DNA of 64,000 nucleotides, taken from positions 6,946 through 70,945 of the IMG/VR virus record IMGVR_UViG_3300027759_000077; one strand, 5' to 3'. A program made the translations under genes and the position numbers. The stretch comes from a virus. Of the stretch, positions 54,899-63,932 are shown piece after piece; the stretch's first letter is position 1; each line of letters starts with the position of its first letter. Below the pieces are notes generated by a model. That model did no database searches. It was not told the DNA's origin and saw only the letters and a list, made by a program, of their open reading frames with translations.

Positions 54899-56314
54899 TT
54901 AGGATACCAAAAGGTTGTCACACATTACGAAAGATGCTTCATGGCGTGGTGCGCCGTCACAATACATGATCCCTCGATACCACGTTTGGTCGGTAGTAAA
55001 TGGTGTGTCACCTTGTGTTGAAATTTGGAATTCAATCGCACCCGACATAGCAATGAGGTAATCAGCAAAATCACCACCGAGGACGTAGGAAAGATTGCTT
55101 GCGCTACCTTTAGTACGACCAGCAGAAATTTGGGTGCTCTTAAATACGGGGTGACCGTACAAATTGCCAGGGGTGCTTCTTGAGAAGTCGATATTTGCGT
55201 TCAGTTCACGGAACATATTGAACACAAATGGTCCCTTGTTGTCGTTCGCACTAACAGCGTCAGCACGACGATTTGCGATTGCAGCATACATAAGAGGACG
55301 CATGACGAAGGACTTAAACTGTGCGTTTTGTTCTTCGACTTTACCAATCATGTTTGCAACATCTTCTGGTGTGAAGGTGTTACCGTTTGCACCTACAGTG
55401 CTTGAGGTATGCTTGGTGATACCAGCATAATTGATCAAACCTTTAGGCTCATTGGTTGAACCAACAGCTTCCAACAATGACTTATCCAGACGAAGAGCAA
55501 GTACACGGCTAATGTCTTCACGTAAAAACATTTCAACCGATACCGAACTAAATCGGAAAAGTTCATTTGGAACTTTGCAAAGGATACCGAGCTTTTTAGC
55601 TTGCAAGAGCACGTCACCTGTTGCAGGGGTAGAGTCTTGAACTGCACTGGATTCACCAACCCAGTAAGCTGTTCCTGCATTGGTTTGACGTGGGAAAGTA
55701 ATACGTCCATTTGGTGGCATAGCAATGGTGCGAGCACCAGCACTCATGAACACTTCGTTATTACGCAAGAGTTCAATAAGTTCGCCTTGGATAGGAGGAG
55801 CAACTAATGCACCGCCTTGACTTTCGTCGATCCAAGACATGGCTTTTTGAACGCCCCAGTTCTTAGCACGGATGCCACGAACTTCTTCTCTATCGTAGCC
55901 GGTAATACCAGCGGAAACGATTTCCCTGATTTCTTTAGCGAAGCCTTCTTCACCGGGGATTTCAGCGATATAGGCAGAGCCGAATGGAGCCATTACGGTA
56001 TTGGTGTGCGCTTTAGCATAGCCAAGGCGATCAACATAAAGTTTCTGAAGGTTTTGAGCCATTTCCCATTCAACCCTTGCGGTTTCGGGGGAAAGTTCGC
56101 CTCTCAAAAGACCGAACAACTTAACAAAGCTGTAGCCTCTTGAACCCATGGAGTTTTCGCCCTTACGCACGTGAGGAGCGTTGAGGGTGGAATTGTTTCG
56201 AACAGACTTGGAGCCTACTTCGATTTCTTCCAACTTGGTATTAAACTTTGATTGTGTTTCTGTAATGGTGTTGATGGCATCCAGTACAGGTTTCAAATTC
56301 TTCTCTGCGGCCAT
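54899..56314 (-). CDS. HK97-fold major capsid protein
   Basis: SQGGALVAP..LIELLR, AYWVGES, AKKLG, EPKGLIN, LYGHPV, GGDFADY. Confidence 0.95.
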   Translation of the reverse strand: MAAEKNLKPVLDAINTITETQSKFNTKLEEIEVGSKSVRNNSTLNAPHVRKGENSMGSRGYSFVKLFGLLRGELSPETARVEWEMAQNLQKLYVDRLGYAKAHTNTVMAPFGSAYIAEIPGEEGFAKEIREIVSAGITGYDREEVRGIRAKNWGVQKAMSWIDESQGGALVAPPIQGELIELLRNNEVFMSAGARTIAMPPNGRITFPRQTNAGTAYWVGESSAVQDSTPATGDVLLQAKKLGILCKVPNELFRFSSVSVEMFLREDISRVLALRLDKSLLEAVGSTNEPKGLINYAGITKHTSSTVGANGNTFTPEDVANMIGKVEEQNAQFKSFVMRPLMYAAIANRRADAVSANDNKGPFVFNMFRELNANIDFSRSTPGNLYGHPVFKSTQISAGRTKGSASNLSYVLGGDFADYLIAMSGAIEFQISTQGDTPFTTDQTWYRGIMYCDGAPRHEASFVMCDNLLVS

Positions 56315-56324
56315 GAAAGGCTCC

Positions 56325-56543
56325 TTAAAGGGGGGTTAAAAAATTAAATTCACCACAGGTAGTGGTGGATAAAGTTGAAGGAAAAATTCCTATCCTGCCA
56401 TCTGGAAGCAAATGACTTCCAGGCACAGAATAAATAAGAACGGGGGGAAACCTACGGCATTCGCCAACTTGCTTATCTTGGGATTCCCAAAAAGAACAAG
56501 CGGAACAATCACCAGAAGGTTTTTTGGTTTTTAAACTAGCCAT
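56325..56543 (-). CDS. Small 4-Cys protein (HiPIP-like spacing)
   Basis: CSACSFW..GECRRFPP..CGEF. Confidence 0.6.
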   Translation of the reverse strand: MASLKTKKPSGDCSACSFWESQDKQVGECRRFPPVLIYSVPGSHLLPDGRIGIFPSTLSTTTCGEFNFLTPL

Positions 56544-58348
56544 TACCTTCTACCTGTTGCTTCAAATAAACGCTTGTTAAGAGCGTCTTGATTTGATTTC
56601 AAAGTAAGAAGAGCACTGAGGATGGTTTTCATTTCATCTTCTTCTGGCTTTTCATCTTCTTTTGGAGTCAAAGCGTTCATGCAATGATCCATCTTGTCGT
56701 GAAGACTGGTAAGAAGATTGGTGTGAGCGGTAGAACAATCATGCATGGAATGCATTAATTCAGACATAGATTTCAGTACATCTTTTGTATCAACTTCAGT
56801 ATCTTCGTCAGGGTCTTTGTCGTCATCACCGTCTTCATCTTCATCACTGCCTTCATCTTCTTTGTCATCATCAGAATCTTCAGACTTGGCTTTTTTGCCG
56901 TCTTGTTCACTATCGTCGTCTTCATCTTCATTGGCAGCTTTGTCTTTAACATCAACTTCGTCATCATCATCTTCGGGTTCGCCCTTTTTAGCAGACTCAT
57001 CGTCATCGTCTACTTCTTTTTTCTTGTCTTCATCTTCGTCTTCTTTTTTCTTAGACTTACCTTGGGTAGGCGAGGCTACAAGGGCTTCTAAGTCTTTTTT
57101 AAATTTTAGTTGTTCTGTATTCACGGTTACAAGCTCCTTAAAATCAATGTCCGGAAATAAAGTTTTTAATTCTTCTATAGAATATAATAAACGATATTCG
57201 GGAGCGGGTATATAGTATTCTTTATAATGTTTTGCTAAATGATTGTAAACCTCAATCCGCTGTAATTCTGGAATCTCAATACCGCCTTGAGTCCCTAAGA
57301 GTGCAGCCATTGCGGTTCGGACACCTTCCCAAACGGTATCGAGGGTTTTATGATCGTGATGAGGAAGCTTAAACGAAGACTTGTCTTTGGAGTCTTTCCC
57401 ATTAAACCATGCGGTCATTTGTTTGTATTCCGATAACGAAGCGTTCTCTTTTTGAACAGGCCCATCCCATTCCACATTCGTGTCTTTGTGGTTAACTTCA
57501 ACCGCTTTAGTAGGGAGAGAAGAAGGCTCATTAAACGATACAACTGTTTTTGTTTTTTTGGGCATGTAATGAGATAAAGCCCTACGAACGGAAGGGGATA
57601 TTTTTTCTCCTTCGATATGTCCACGGGAGAGGTGGGCAGCTAAAGCGTCTTGGTTTGCAGGGATAGGGACTACAGACCATTCGATCATATCCCACTCAAG
57701 GAATCGGAGGCAAGGCATAGACCTAGTACTGTCCGAACGGAAGTCGATAATGTCTTCGCCAGTCTCTAAGTCGATAAGGTCTTCATCCTCTGATTCAATA
57801 AACGTTGCCCTAATAGGCAAAAAGCCAATAGAAGACGCTTGTAATTCTTTGCGGGCAATCAATCGGAAGATTAGTTCGGACTCACGGGTTTCTCCATGGA
57901 AATAAGCGGTGGAGTAAATCCGGTCATCATATATCTCTAAAGCAAGATTGCCGTCTGGATCCCTAGCGGAGGCGATCGGTAGGTCGTCCGTTTTATGGGC
58001 AAAAAATACACGGGGATTTCGGGTGTAGTTTTTAAGATGGGATACGCAACCTCTCGGCAATACGATATCACCATGACGATCTTTAGATGCCGTTGTGATT
58101 ACAAAACGTGCGGTCATTCGAGTTGTATCAACCTTAGGATCTTCTGCGTCATTAGCATCTAGGCCCAGTAAAGAAGAGCTAGACTCCCCTAGAGTATGAG
58201 CCATGTTTCGAATATATTCGGCAGGCATAGGAAATGCACCAAGCTTACGGGTTTCCTTAGCTTGGTAGTTTTTACGGTCCCTTATGAATGACCGAATTAC
58301 ATCGGGACTAGCTGTTTCTATCGAATTTGGAAGTTCAAATTTACCCAT
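56543..58348 (-). CDS. HK97-type prohead protease with extra domain and acidic scaffold-like tail
   Basis: DRHGDIVLP..NPRVFFAH, SSIGFLP, EWSVVPIPANQDA; then FKLPHH..YNHLAKHY domain; Asp/Glu-rich tail. Confidence 0.9.
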   Translation of the reverse strand: MGKFELPNSIETASPDVIRSFIRDRKNYQAKETRKLGAFPMPAEYIRNMAHTLGESSSSLLGLDANDAEDPKVDTTRMTARFVITTASKDRHGDIVLPRGCVSHLKNYTRNPRVFFAHKTDDLPIASARDPDGNLALEIYDDRIYSTAYFHGETRESELIFRLIARKELQASSIGFLPIRATFIESEDEDLIDLETGEDIIDFRSDSTRSMPCLRFLEWDMIEWSVVPIPANQDALAAHLSRGHIEGEKISPSVRRALSHYMPKKTKTVVSFNEPSSLPTKAVEVNHKDTNVEWDGPVQKENASLSEYKQMTAWFNGKDSKDKSSFKLPHHDHKTLDTVWEGVRTAMAALLGTQGGIEIPELQRIEVYNHLAKHYKEYYIPAPEYRLLYSIEELKTLFPDIDFKELVTVNTEQLKFKKDLEALVASPTQGKSKKKEDEDEDKKKEVDDDDESAKKGEPEDDDDEVDVKDKAANEDEDDDSEQDGKKAKSEDSDDDKEDEGSDEDEDGDDDKDPDEDTEVDTKDVLKSMSELMHSMHDCSTAHTNLLTSLHDKMDHCMNALTPKEDEKPEEDEMKTILSALLTLKSNQDALNKRLFEATGRR

Positions 58349-58350
58349 GA

Positions 58351-59694
58351 CTATACCTCTTTATTATCATTAGGATTGGATAAAGGAGCGGAGACAGGGG
58401 CGTGTTGACCGCCCATAGGACTACTCGCAACGTTAACAGGAAGGATCGGAGTGTTACCCCAGTCGGTAGGATAGGGTTGACGACCTCTCATAATACGCAC
58501 TTCATTTGGTGTAATTGCGCCGCACATGAGGTCTGTTTGAATTTGTTTTTCAACCAACTCAGGATCGTGCGGAGTAATGTCTTCCCACCAAACCTTAAGA
58601 GAATCATCGTAGTTTCTTGCTATTTTTTCGGTGATGACCTGACCAAAGTATCTAAGGATAGGGTTAATGGTCTGCTGCATAAAGGCAGCATGGGAAGCCA
58701 TAACTGAACCGTAAGACATATCATTAGATAATCCGGCAGCAGAAGACGGTACACCAAACAATGCTAGAATGTTGTTTCGAACCTCGGTTGCAGTTTCACC
58801 AAAAAGCATTTGGTTAATGCCTAAGGACAAAGGGTTAACTGAAACACCAGGAGGTAGAAACATTGGCCGGTTGGTTCTTGTCTCGCCTGTGTAGCGTGAC
58901 ATAAATTTAGCTTCAATCCTTTTCAAGTCTTCATCGGAAGGGTCTTGAAACTTTCCATCGAATTGAACAGCTACCGTAGGGAACGTACCGTTCTTGTAGG
59001 CATGCCAACGGGATCGGTTGATCATGTCCATCGTATCGCCCCACTGAGCACCAGCCGTTAAGGGGGAGAATCCATCTATCTTTGAAATGGGGGACTTGTC
59101 TTTGAAAACGACGATCTCATCTACAGGAAGAAACTTACGGAAGTAATTGCCTTCGATAGGACGGATCTCATATCCTTCGATAAGCTTGTCTTGCCCTACG
59201 ATAGGCCACATCCAATGGGAGGGTACTACCCAAATAGCGGCGGGGAGTCCAAATTTGTTCTTAGGCATCCACCAATACGCAATGCCGGTTAAGTGGTGAA
59301 ACAAAATGGTTTCGTACCAAAGGTCATAGGAAGTATCGGGGTCATTGGGATCTTTGAGGAGCCGAAGCAGGGGGTGCTTGTCAGGTACAGGTTCTAAGTC
59401 TTCATGGGTTAGAAGGGGGATTAATGCTTTGTTTTTAAGGAAGTTGGAACGGGGGACTGACTGGGAGTTGTGAAATGTCCATGAAACGTTAGGGACTTGG
59501 GAAGCAATTTGGCGGGCTATGGTACGGATAGCAATGTAGATCCAATGCTTGTAGTTCCGGACCTGTTCAATTCTTGAATCAGTCCATGCAGCTACATACG
59601 GAAGAAAAGAGGGACCGTAGGATAAAAGCGTTGACAGGTCCCTGTCTGAAGCTTGGTCAGGAGGGATCCGTAATTTACGCTTACGTTTTGCCAT
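58351..59694 (-). CDS. HK97-family portal protein
   Basis: HPLLRLLKDPN, GIAYWW, GFSPL, ILALFGVP, GAITPNEVR. Confidence 0.92.
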   Translation of the reverse strand: MAKRKRKLRIPPDQASDRDLSTLLSYGPSFLPYVAAWTDSRIEQVRNYKHWIYIAIRTIARQIASQVPNVSWTFHNSQSVPRSNFLKNKALIPLLTHEDLEPVPDKHPLLRLLKDPNDPDTSYDLWYETILFHHLTGIAYWWMPKNKFGLPAAIWVVPSHWMWPIVGQDKLIEGYEIRPIEGNYFRKFLPVDEIVVFKDKSPISKIDGFSPLTAGAQWGDTMDMINRSRWHAYKNGTFPTVAVQFDGKFQDPSDEDLKRIEAKFMSRYTGETRTNRPMFLPPGVSVNPLSLGINQMLFGETATEVRNNILALFGVPSSAAGLSNDMSYGSVMASHAAFMQQTINPILRYFGQVITEKIARNYDDSLKVWWEDITPHDPELVEKQIQTDLMCGAITPNEVRIMRGRQPYPTDWGNTPILPVNVASSPMGGQHAPVSAPLSNPNDNKEV

Positions 59695-59775
59695 ATGTAT
59701 ACCTTATAATAAAGATCCTTATTATTGATATTATGAGATATAACGAGTTTAGATACAAGAGGAAATGGTGTACTT

Positions 59776-62460
59776 ATGAATTATGAAAACCAAATAGAGC
59801 AGTTAGTAAGAGCATTACATTCGGACAATTATAGCTCTTCTGAGGTCAAAAACAGGCTTAATCAAATAATAGCAATGCCCGATAAATATAACCAAAAAAC
59901 TTTTGAAGCTTGGAGAACAGCCAACGTTAGTAGACAAGGTGCGATCAAGAACCTACTAAACTCAGACAGTGATGGGAAAAGAGCCAAGCATTTAGAGCCT
60001 TGGCTAAAAGAGATAACGGGAGATAATCATGCCGGTGCTGCAAATATTGCTCGATTTACAGCAGATGTAAAATCGGTTTTTGCTTCAGCAGATGCAAAGA
60101 ATAAAACCTTTACCAGAAATCATAAAGCTGAAAATCCAGAAGGAAAATTAGACGGCCCAAAAAAACCGCAGTACGGAACAAGCATGGACCCTTCCCGTTT
60201 CGTTTCCGGACTAGTGTCTTTATTAGCAAGTGGGCCATCGGTGAGCACATTAAAAGCGTACATTTCTAAAAACATTAACCCAACTAATTCTGGTGGCATT
60301 ACTAAAGAGCTAAGGAGCAAAGGTCACGTAGAGTTATTTGATATGGTTGGAAACGGAACTAGAGCGGATACCAAAACTGCGGATAGTGTCTTTGAAGCGC
60401 AAATGAAAATCCACGCTAATGTTGTGAGAGATACAAACTTTAAATCCATGTTTAGATCCTCAGGAGAACTAGGGATAAAAAAGTTGTATGACCTTTTAAA
60501 AAGTAATAACTCAATAGCAATGCAAAGAATAACAGGATACTCCGCTAGTGAGTTGGCAACCATACTAAAAGAAGATGGAATCAAACAATCTTTAGTAAGT
60601 TTATGGCTAGAAGAATTACAAGGGTCAGGGGATTTAAAAAGGGCTATTGAAGGAAGGAAAGAGGATATTAAAAAAGCTACAGCACAACTTATTGAAGATC
60701 AAAAAAAAGACCTCGACCCTCACAAAGTTAAAAATTTAAAAAATATATTTGTAGATTCAGTAATGATGAAAGTGCGAAACGATATTACTAAAACACAATC
60801 AGATGCTAGGAAAGGACTTTTTGGAGATAACGTACTTCCTGACGAGTTAGTTAAAGATATGCGAACATGGACTGTAAAACATTCAATGGCTGAAATTGGT
60901 TCTTTTAAAGATAGTTTAGACCTTGTCAACATTTCTAGTAAAGAGGGACTTTTATCCATCCCTGTATTTACTGGGATTCCGGGTATATACAGTGCAGGGA
61001 TTGGGGTAGAGCCCATCAAGAAACTTTTACAAGACCAAAAAACTCTTGAGTCAACACCGATTGATACAAAAAAAGAAGGTGCTTTAGACACTCGACTAAA
61101 GGATGAAAAGAGTTTAAGAGAAGCGGGAATGAAACATGCGGATGATAAATTAGCAAGTAATGAAAGTATTTACCCTGCTGCGTTTAAACAAGCTAGAAGT
61201 TTGATGCACTATCACGGGGGAAATTTGAAGGCTAATTTTCGCCGTTCTCGTTTACTACGTAATAGCGTAAGAAAAGAAGGAGATAAAAGAAAAGAAGAAA
61301 TAGAAGCGGCAGTAGATGGTTTGATAATTAAAGATAATAGCATATTACTTGGGAATTTATTCAAAGCCGCACTCAAAGATATTGATAAAAAAATTAATGG
61401 CAAAGATGATTTTTACAACGCACGTCATGTAAAAGCGTTGATATCTCTAGCAAGTTTGTCAGGTCGAGCAAGAACAAGCTGGCTATCAATTTGTAATACA
61501 GCTACAGAAATGGTGGCTAGTTTAGAAAGTACAGCAAGTGGAATGGGTAGCACTTTAGATAGGGTTGTCGCAAGAGTGGACATACAAGACATTGCTAGTG
61601 AGTCCACAAGAGAATCGGGGAAAGGAGATGAGCGTAGAGCTAAATGGTCAGACCCTGGTAGACATGATTGGGAAGCTTTAAGAAACTATCAAGCTAACTT
61701 AAACAAACATGGGCCTAGAGCAGATGTAATAAGTAAATACAGCGGTTCGCACTTTGATCACCAAGGAAGAATAAAAACGGATTTATATAGAGTGATTTTT
61801 AAAGAGTGGAAGAAACAGATGTATGCGAATGGACAAGCGAGTGAGATCGAAAGTGCGGGAGGGGTAAATAAAGCTTTTCAACGTTACATGGGAAGTGAAC
61901 ATGCAAGACAAGGTCTTCGAGGTTTAATGGCTGAAGAGCTTCGGGAGTCTATGAGTGAACAAGACTTCAAAATTTATGATAAACGTTTAAGAGAAGAATT
62001 TTATTTGGGTCGGTATGAAAGAGCGCAAAAGTTTTTTACCTTCACAGCGTATGAAACAGTGAAAGGGCCAAACGGAAGAAATGTTATTGTACCTTTACCC
62101 ATGAGAAGAGAATCCACTGAGGAAGGTTCAAGTTTAAATGGTGGAATATATGATGCAGATAAAGCAGATCGGGTGAAAAGTGAACATGAACAGCTTGCTT
62201 ATGTACACGGATTAGCAGATCCTAATTCTACGCTAGATGAAAAGTATAAAGGCTTTACTTTTGTCGGGATGATACACGCTGCAAAAAATGGTGAGGACTT
62301 AAACAGAATCGAACAGCACATCTATGACTACGTTCCAAAAGAGCATCTTGACCAGTTTCAAGAAAATAGCGGCGATACTTCTATTAGCAACCTTTTAAAA
62401 AACCGGAGAGATGAACTAACAGGGCTAGGTAATGCCGCCGGTGTAACTCCCAACTCTTAA
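59776..62460 (+). CDS. Large helical hypothetical protein (894 aa)
   Basis: Long ORF divergent from the portal gene; no recognisable motif. Confidence 0.7.
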   Translation: MNYENQIEQLVRALHSDNYSSSEVKNRLNQIIAMPDKYNQKTFEAWRTANVSRQGAIKNLLNSDSDGKRAKHLEPWLKEITGDNHAGAANIARFTADVKSVFASADAKNKTFTRNHKAENPEGKLDGPKKPQYGTSMDPSRFVSGLVSLLASGPSVSTLKAYISKNINPTNSGGITKELRSKGHVELFDMVGNGTRADTKTADSVFEAQMKIHANVVRDTNFKSMFRSSGELGIKKLYDLLKSNNSIAMQRITGYSASELATILKEDGIKQSLVSLWLEELQGSGDLKRAIEGRKEDIKKATAQLIEDQKKDLDPHKVKNLKNIFVDSVMMKVRNDITKTQSDARKGLFGDNVLPDELVKDMRTWTVKHSMAEIGSFKDSLDLVNISSKEGLLSIPVFTGIPGIYSAGIGVEPIKKLLQDQKTLESTPIDTKKEGALDTRLKDEKSLREAGMKHADDKLASNESIYPAAFKQARSLMHYHGGNLKANFRRSRLLRNSVRKEGDKRKEEIEAAVDGLIIKDNSILLGNLFKAALKDIDKKINGKDDFYNARHVKALISLASLSGRARTSWLSICNTATEMVASLESTASGMGSTLDRVVARVDIQDIASESTRESGKGDERRAKWSDPGRHDWEALRNYQANLNKHGPRADVISKYSGSHFDHQGRIKTDLYRVIFKEWKKQMYANGQASEIESAGGVNKAFQRYMGSEHARQGLRGLMAEELRESMSEQDFKIYDKRLREEFYLGRYERAQKFFTFTAYETVKGPNGRNVIVPLPMRRESTEEGSSLNGGIYDADKADRVKSEHEQLAYVHGLADPNSTLDEKYKGFTFVGMIHAAKNGEDLNRIEQHIYDYVPKEHLDQFQENSGDTSISNLLKNRRDELTGLGNAAGVTPNS

Positions 62461-62659
62461 AGCTAAATTACTTCCTACTTGTTCCTACCAAAGTTTACAG
62501 CACCCCCGTATTCAAACGGGCCTGCCCTCATATTTGCCTTTGTATATGTAACTGATTTGACACCCCCATCCCCCCTTATTAACTGCTTGTGTAGTTGAGT
62601 GTGTGGTGTGTGTTGAATTGAATTGTTACGTACTGAATTGAAATATAAAGGAGTTCGAT

Positions 62660-63187
62660 ATGAGAAATGTAATCGCCTTGAATGTGTTGTTGGTGTTGGT
62701 AGTAAGTGCTCAAGCTAGTGGGGCTTATTGGTTAATTAGCAAGTCAGAACCAAAGGTAATAGCTGAAGTTAAGGTAGCTCATAAGTTTCCAGTTACTAAA
62801 GAAGGTTTAAAATTACCTAATGAATCATATACCGTGTGTCATGTGATCGGGGAAGCTGATCTAAAGGATGGAAACAATGTTCCGCTTTGGTCTTTGTTAG
62901 ATACAGATCAAGGTGTTGTATTCATTACTCATGGTGGTAAAGATGGAAAAATTATAGGTATTAAATATTTCGACGATGACATGCTTGTAGATGATGCAGT
63001 TCGGATATTGAATGATCGCTATGAGGTTAAGATAGATCGAGTTATTTGTTGCTACCCAAAACAAGTAGCTGAAACATCAAAGACTGGAGTAATGCTTTCG
63101 TGTGCTTTCCATGATGGCTGTGTGTACTGCGATGCTGCACGTGGGGATGGTGCAGTTGTAAGGGTGTGGGTATCTAGCCCTGACTAA
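62660..63187 (+). CDS. Secreted protein with possible His/Cys (caspase-like) dyad
   Basis: AGGAG RBS; signal peptide; VVFITHGG...RVICCYP. Confidence 0.6.
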   Translation: MRNVIALNVLLVLVVSAQASGAYWLISKSEPKVIAEVKVAHKFPVTKEGLKLPNESYTVCHVIGEADLKDGNNVPLWSLLDTDQGVVFITHGGKDGKIIGIKYFDDDMLVDDAVRILNDRYEVKIDRVICCYPKQVAETSKTGVMLSCAFHDGCVYCDAARGDGAVVRVWVSSPD

Positions 63188-63193
63188 ACAATT

Positions 63194-63265
63194 GCAGAGG
63201 ACTCCTCGACAGGGGAGTAATGCACTATGTGATCTGATCTAGGTCATGTAACGGTTCCAAGTCCG
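63194..63265 (+). ncRNA. Twister ribozyme (circularly permuted, P5-type-like)
   Basis: GCA-GA-GGA, P1 CUCCUC/GGGGAG, U^AA, P2 UGC/GCA, T2 AC/GU, 10-bp P3, A, P4 CGG/CCG with loop UUCCAAGU, T1 UCC/GGA. The conserved twister core positions are present and both pseudoknots pair. Confidence 0.85.
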
Positions 63266-63270
63266 GCATT

Positions 63271-63307
63271 CAGCTACTTACGCTTTGTAGGTAGCTGTGT
63301 TTGTTTA
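63271..63307 (+). terminator. 11-bp hairpin plus U-rich tract downstream of the ribozyme
   Basis: CAGCTACTTAC-GCTTT-GTAGGTAGCTG then TGTTTGTTT. Confidence 0.5.
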
Positions 63308-63326
63308 TAGATCAAGGAGTTTTATT

Positions 63327-63932
63327 ATGTCTATTGTATTTGTTTGCATGGTTTGTAATCACGAATCTTATCTTTGCAATTGCGGAGATAATTCAGAGTT
63401 TACAGAAGTTGAAGTGTTAGATGAGTGTGAAGGTTCTGTAAGCGGATGCTGTGAAGATGTGCTGTGTGCTGGTTGTGGTAAAGAAGAGTGCTTCTGTGCT
63501 TTTATAGACTTAGTCGAGAGTGACTGGGCCGAGAATGTTTCTGATTGCGATACTGTAGAGCTAGAAGATGAGGACTTTATCTATGCATATGATGCAGAAG
63601 ATGTAGTTGATGTTTGTGACTCATGCAATCAGCAGGGATGCAACGGGCCTAATGAACGAGGGTTCTGCTTAGAGAAGGCATCGGATGAAGAGTACCAGGA
63701 CATGCTTCAAAGGAAGTATTTTCAAGAAAAGGTTGAACCCATAGCTGTTGCAGTTGTACCTATGTGGGTCGAATCATTGATGGTAGTGATGATGATCTTA
63801 AGCTTCTTTGGTTTAGTGATCGACATCGCTACGGGGAAGAACAATAACCCTGTGCTAGTGACGGGGTTTTACTTGTTCTGTGCGTACTTGGTTGTTACGT
63901 ATGGTGCAGTGATCATCTGGTTCTTGTGCTAA
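63327..63932 (+). CDS. Acidic Cys-rich protein with two C-terminal TM helices
   Basis: Likely start MSIVFV (AGGAG RBS); repeated CxxC..C motifs; hydrophobic C-terminus. Confidence 0.65.
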   Translation: MSIVFVCMVCNHESYLCNCGDNSEFTEVEVLDECEGSVSGCCEDVLCAGCGKEECFCAFIDLVESDWAENVSDCDTVELEDEDFIYAYDAEDVVDVCDSCNQQGCNGPNERGFCLEKASDEEYQDMLQRKYFQEKVEPIAVAVVPMWVESLMVVMMILSFFGLVIDIATGKNNNPVLVTGFYLFCAYLVVTYGAVIIWFLC

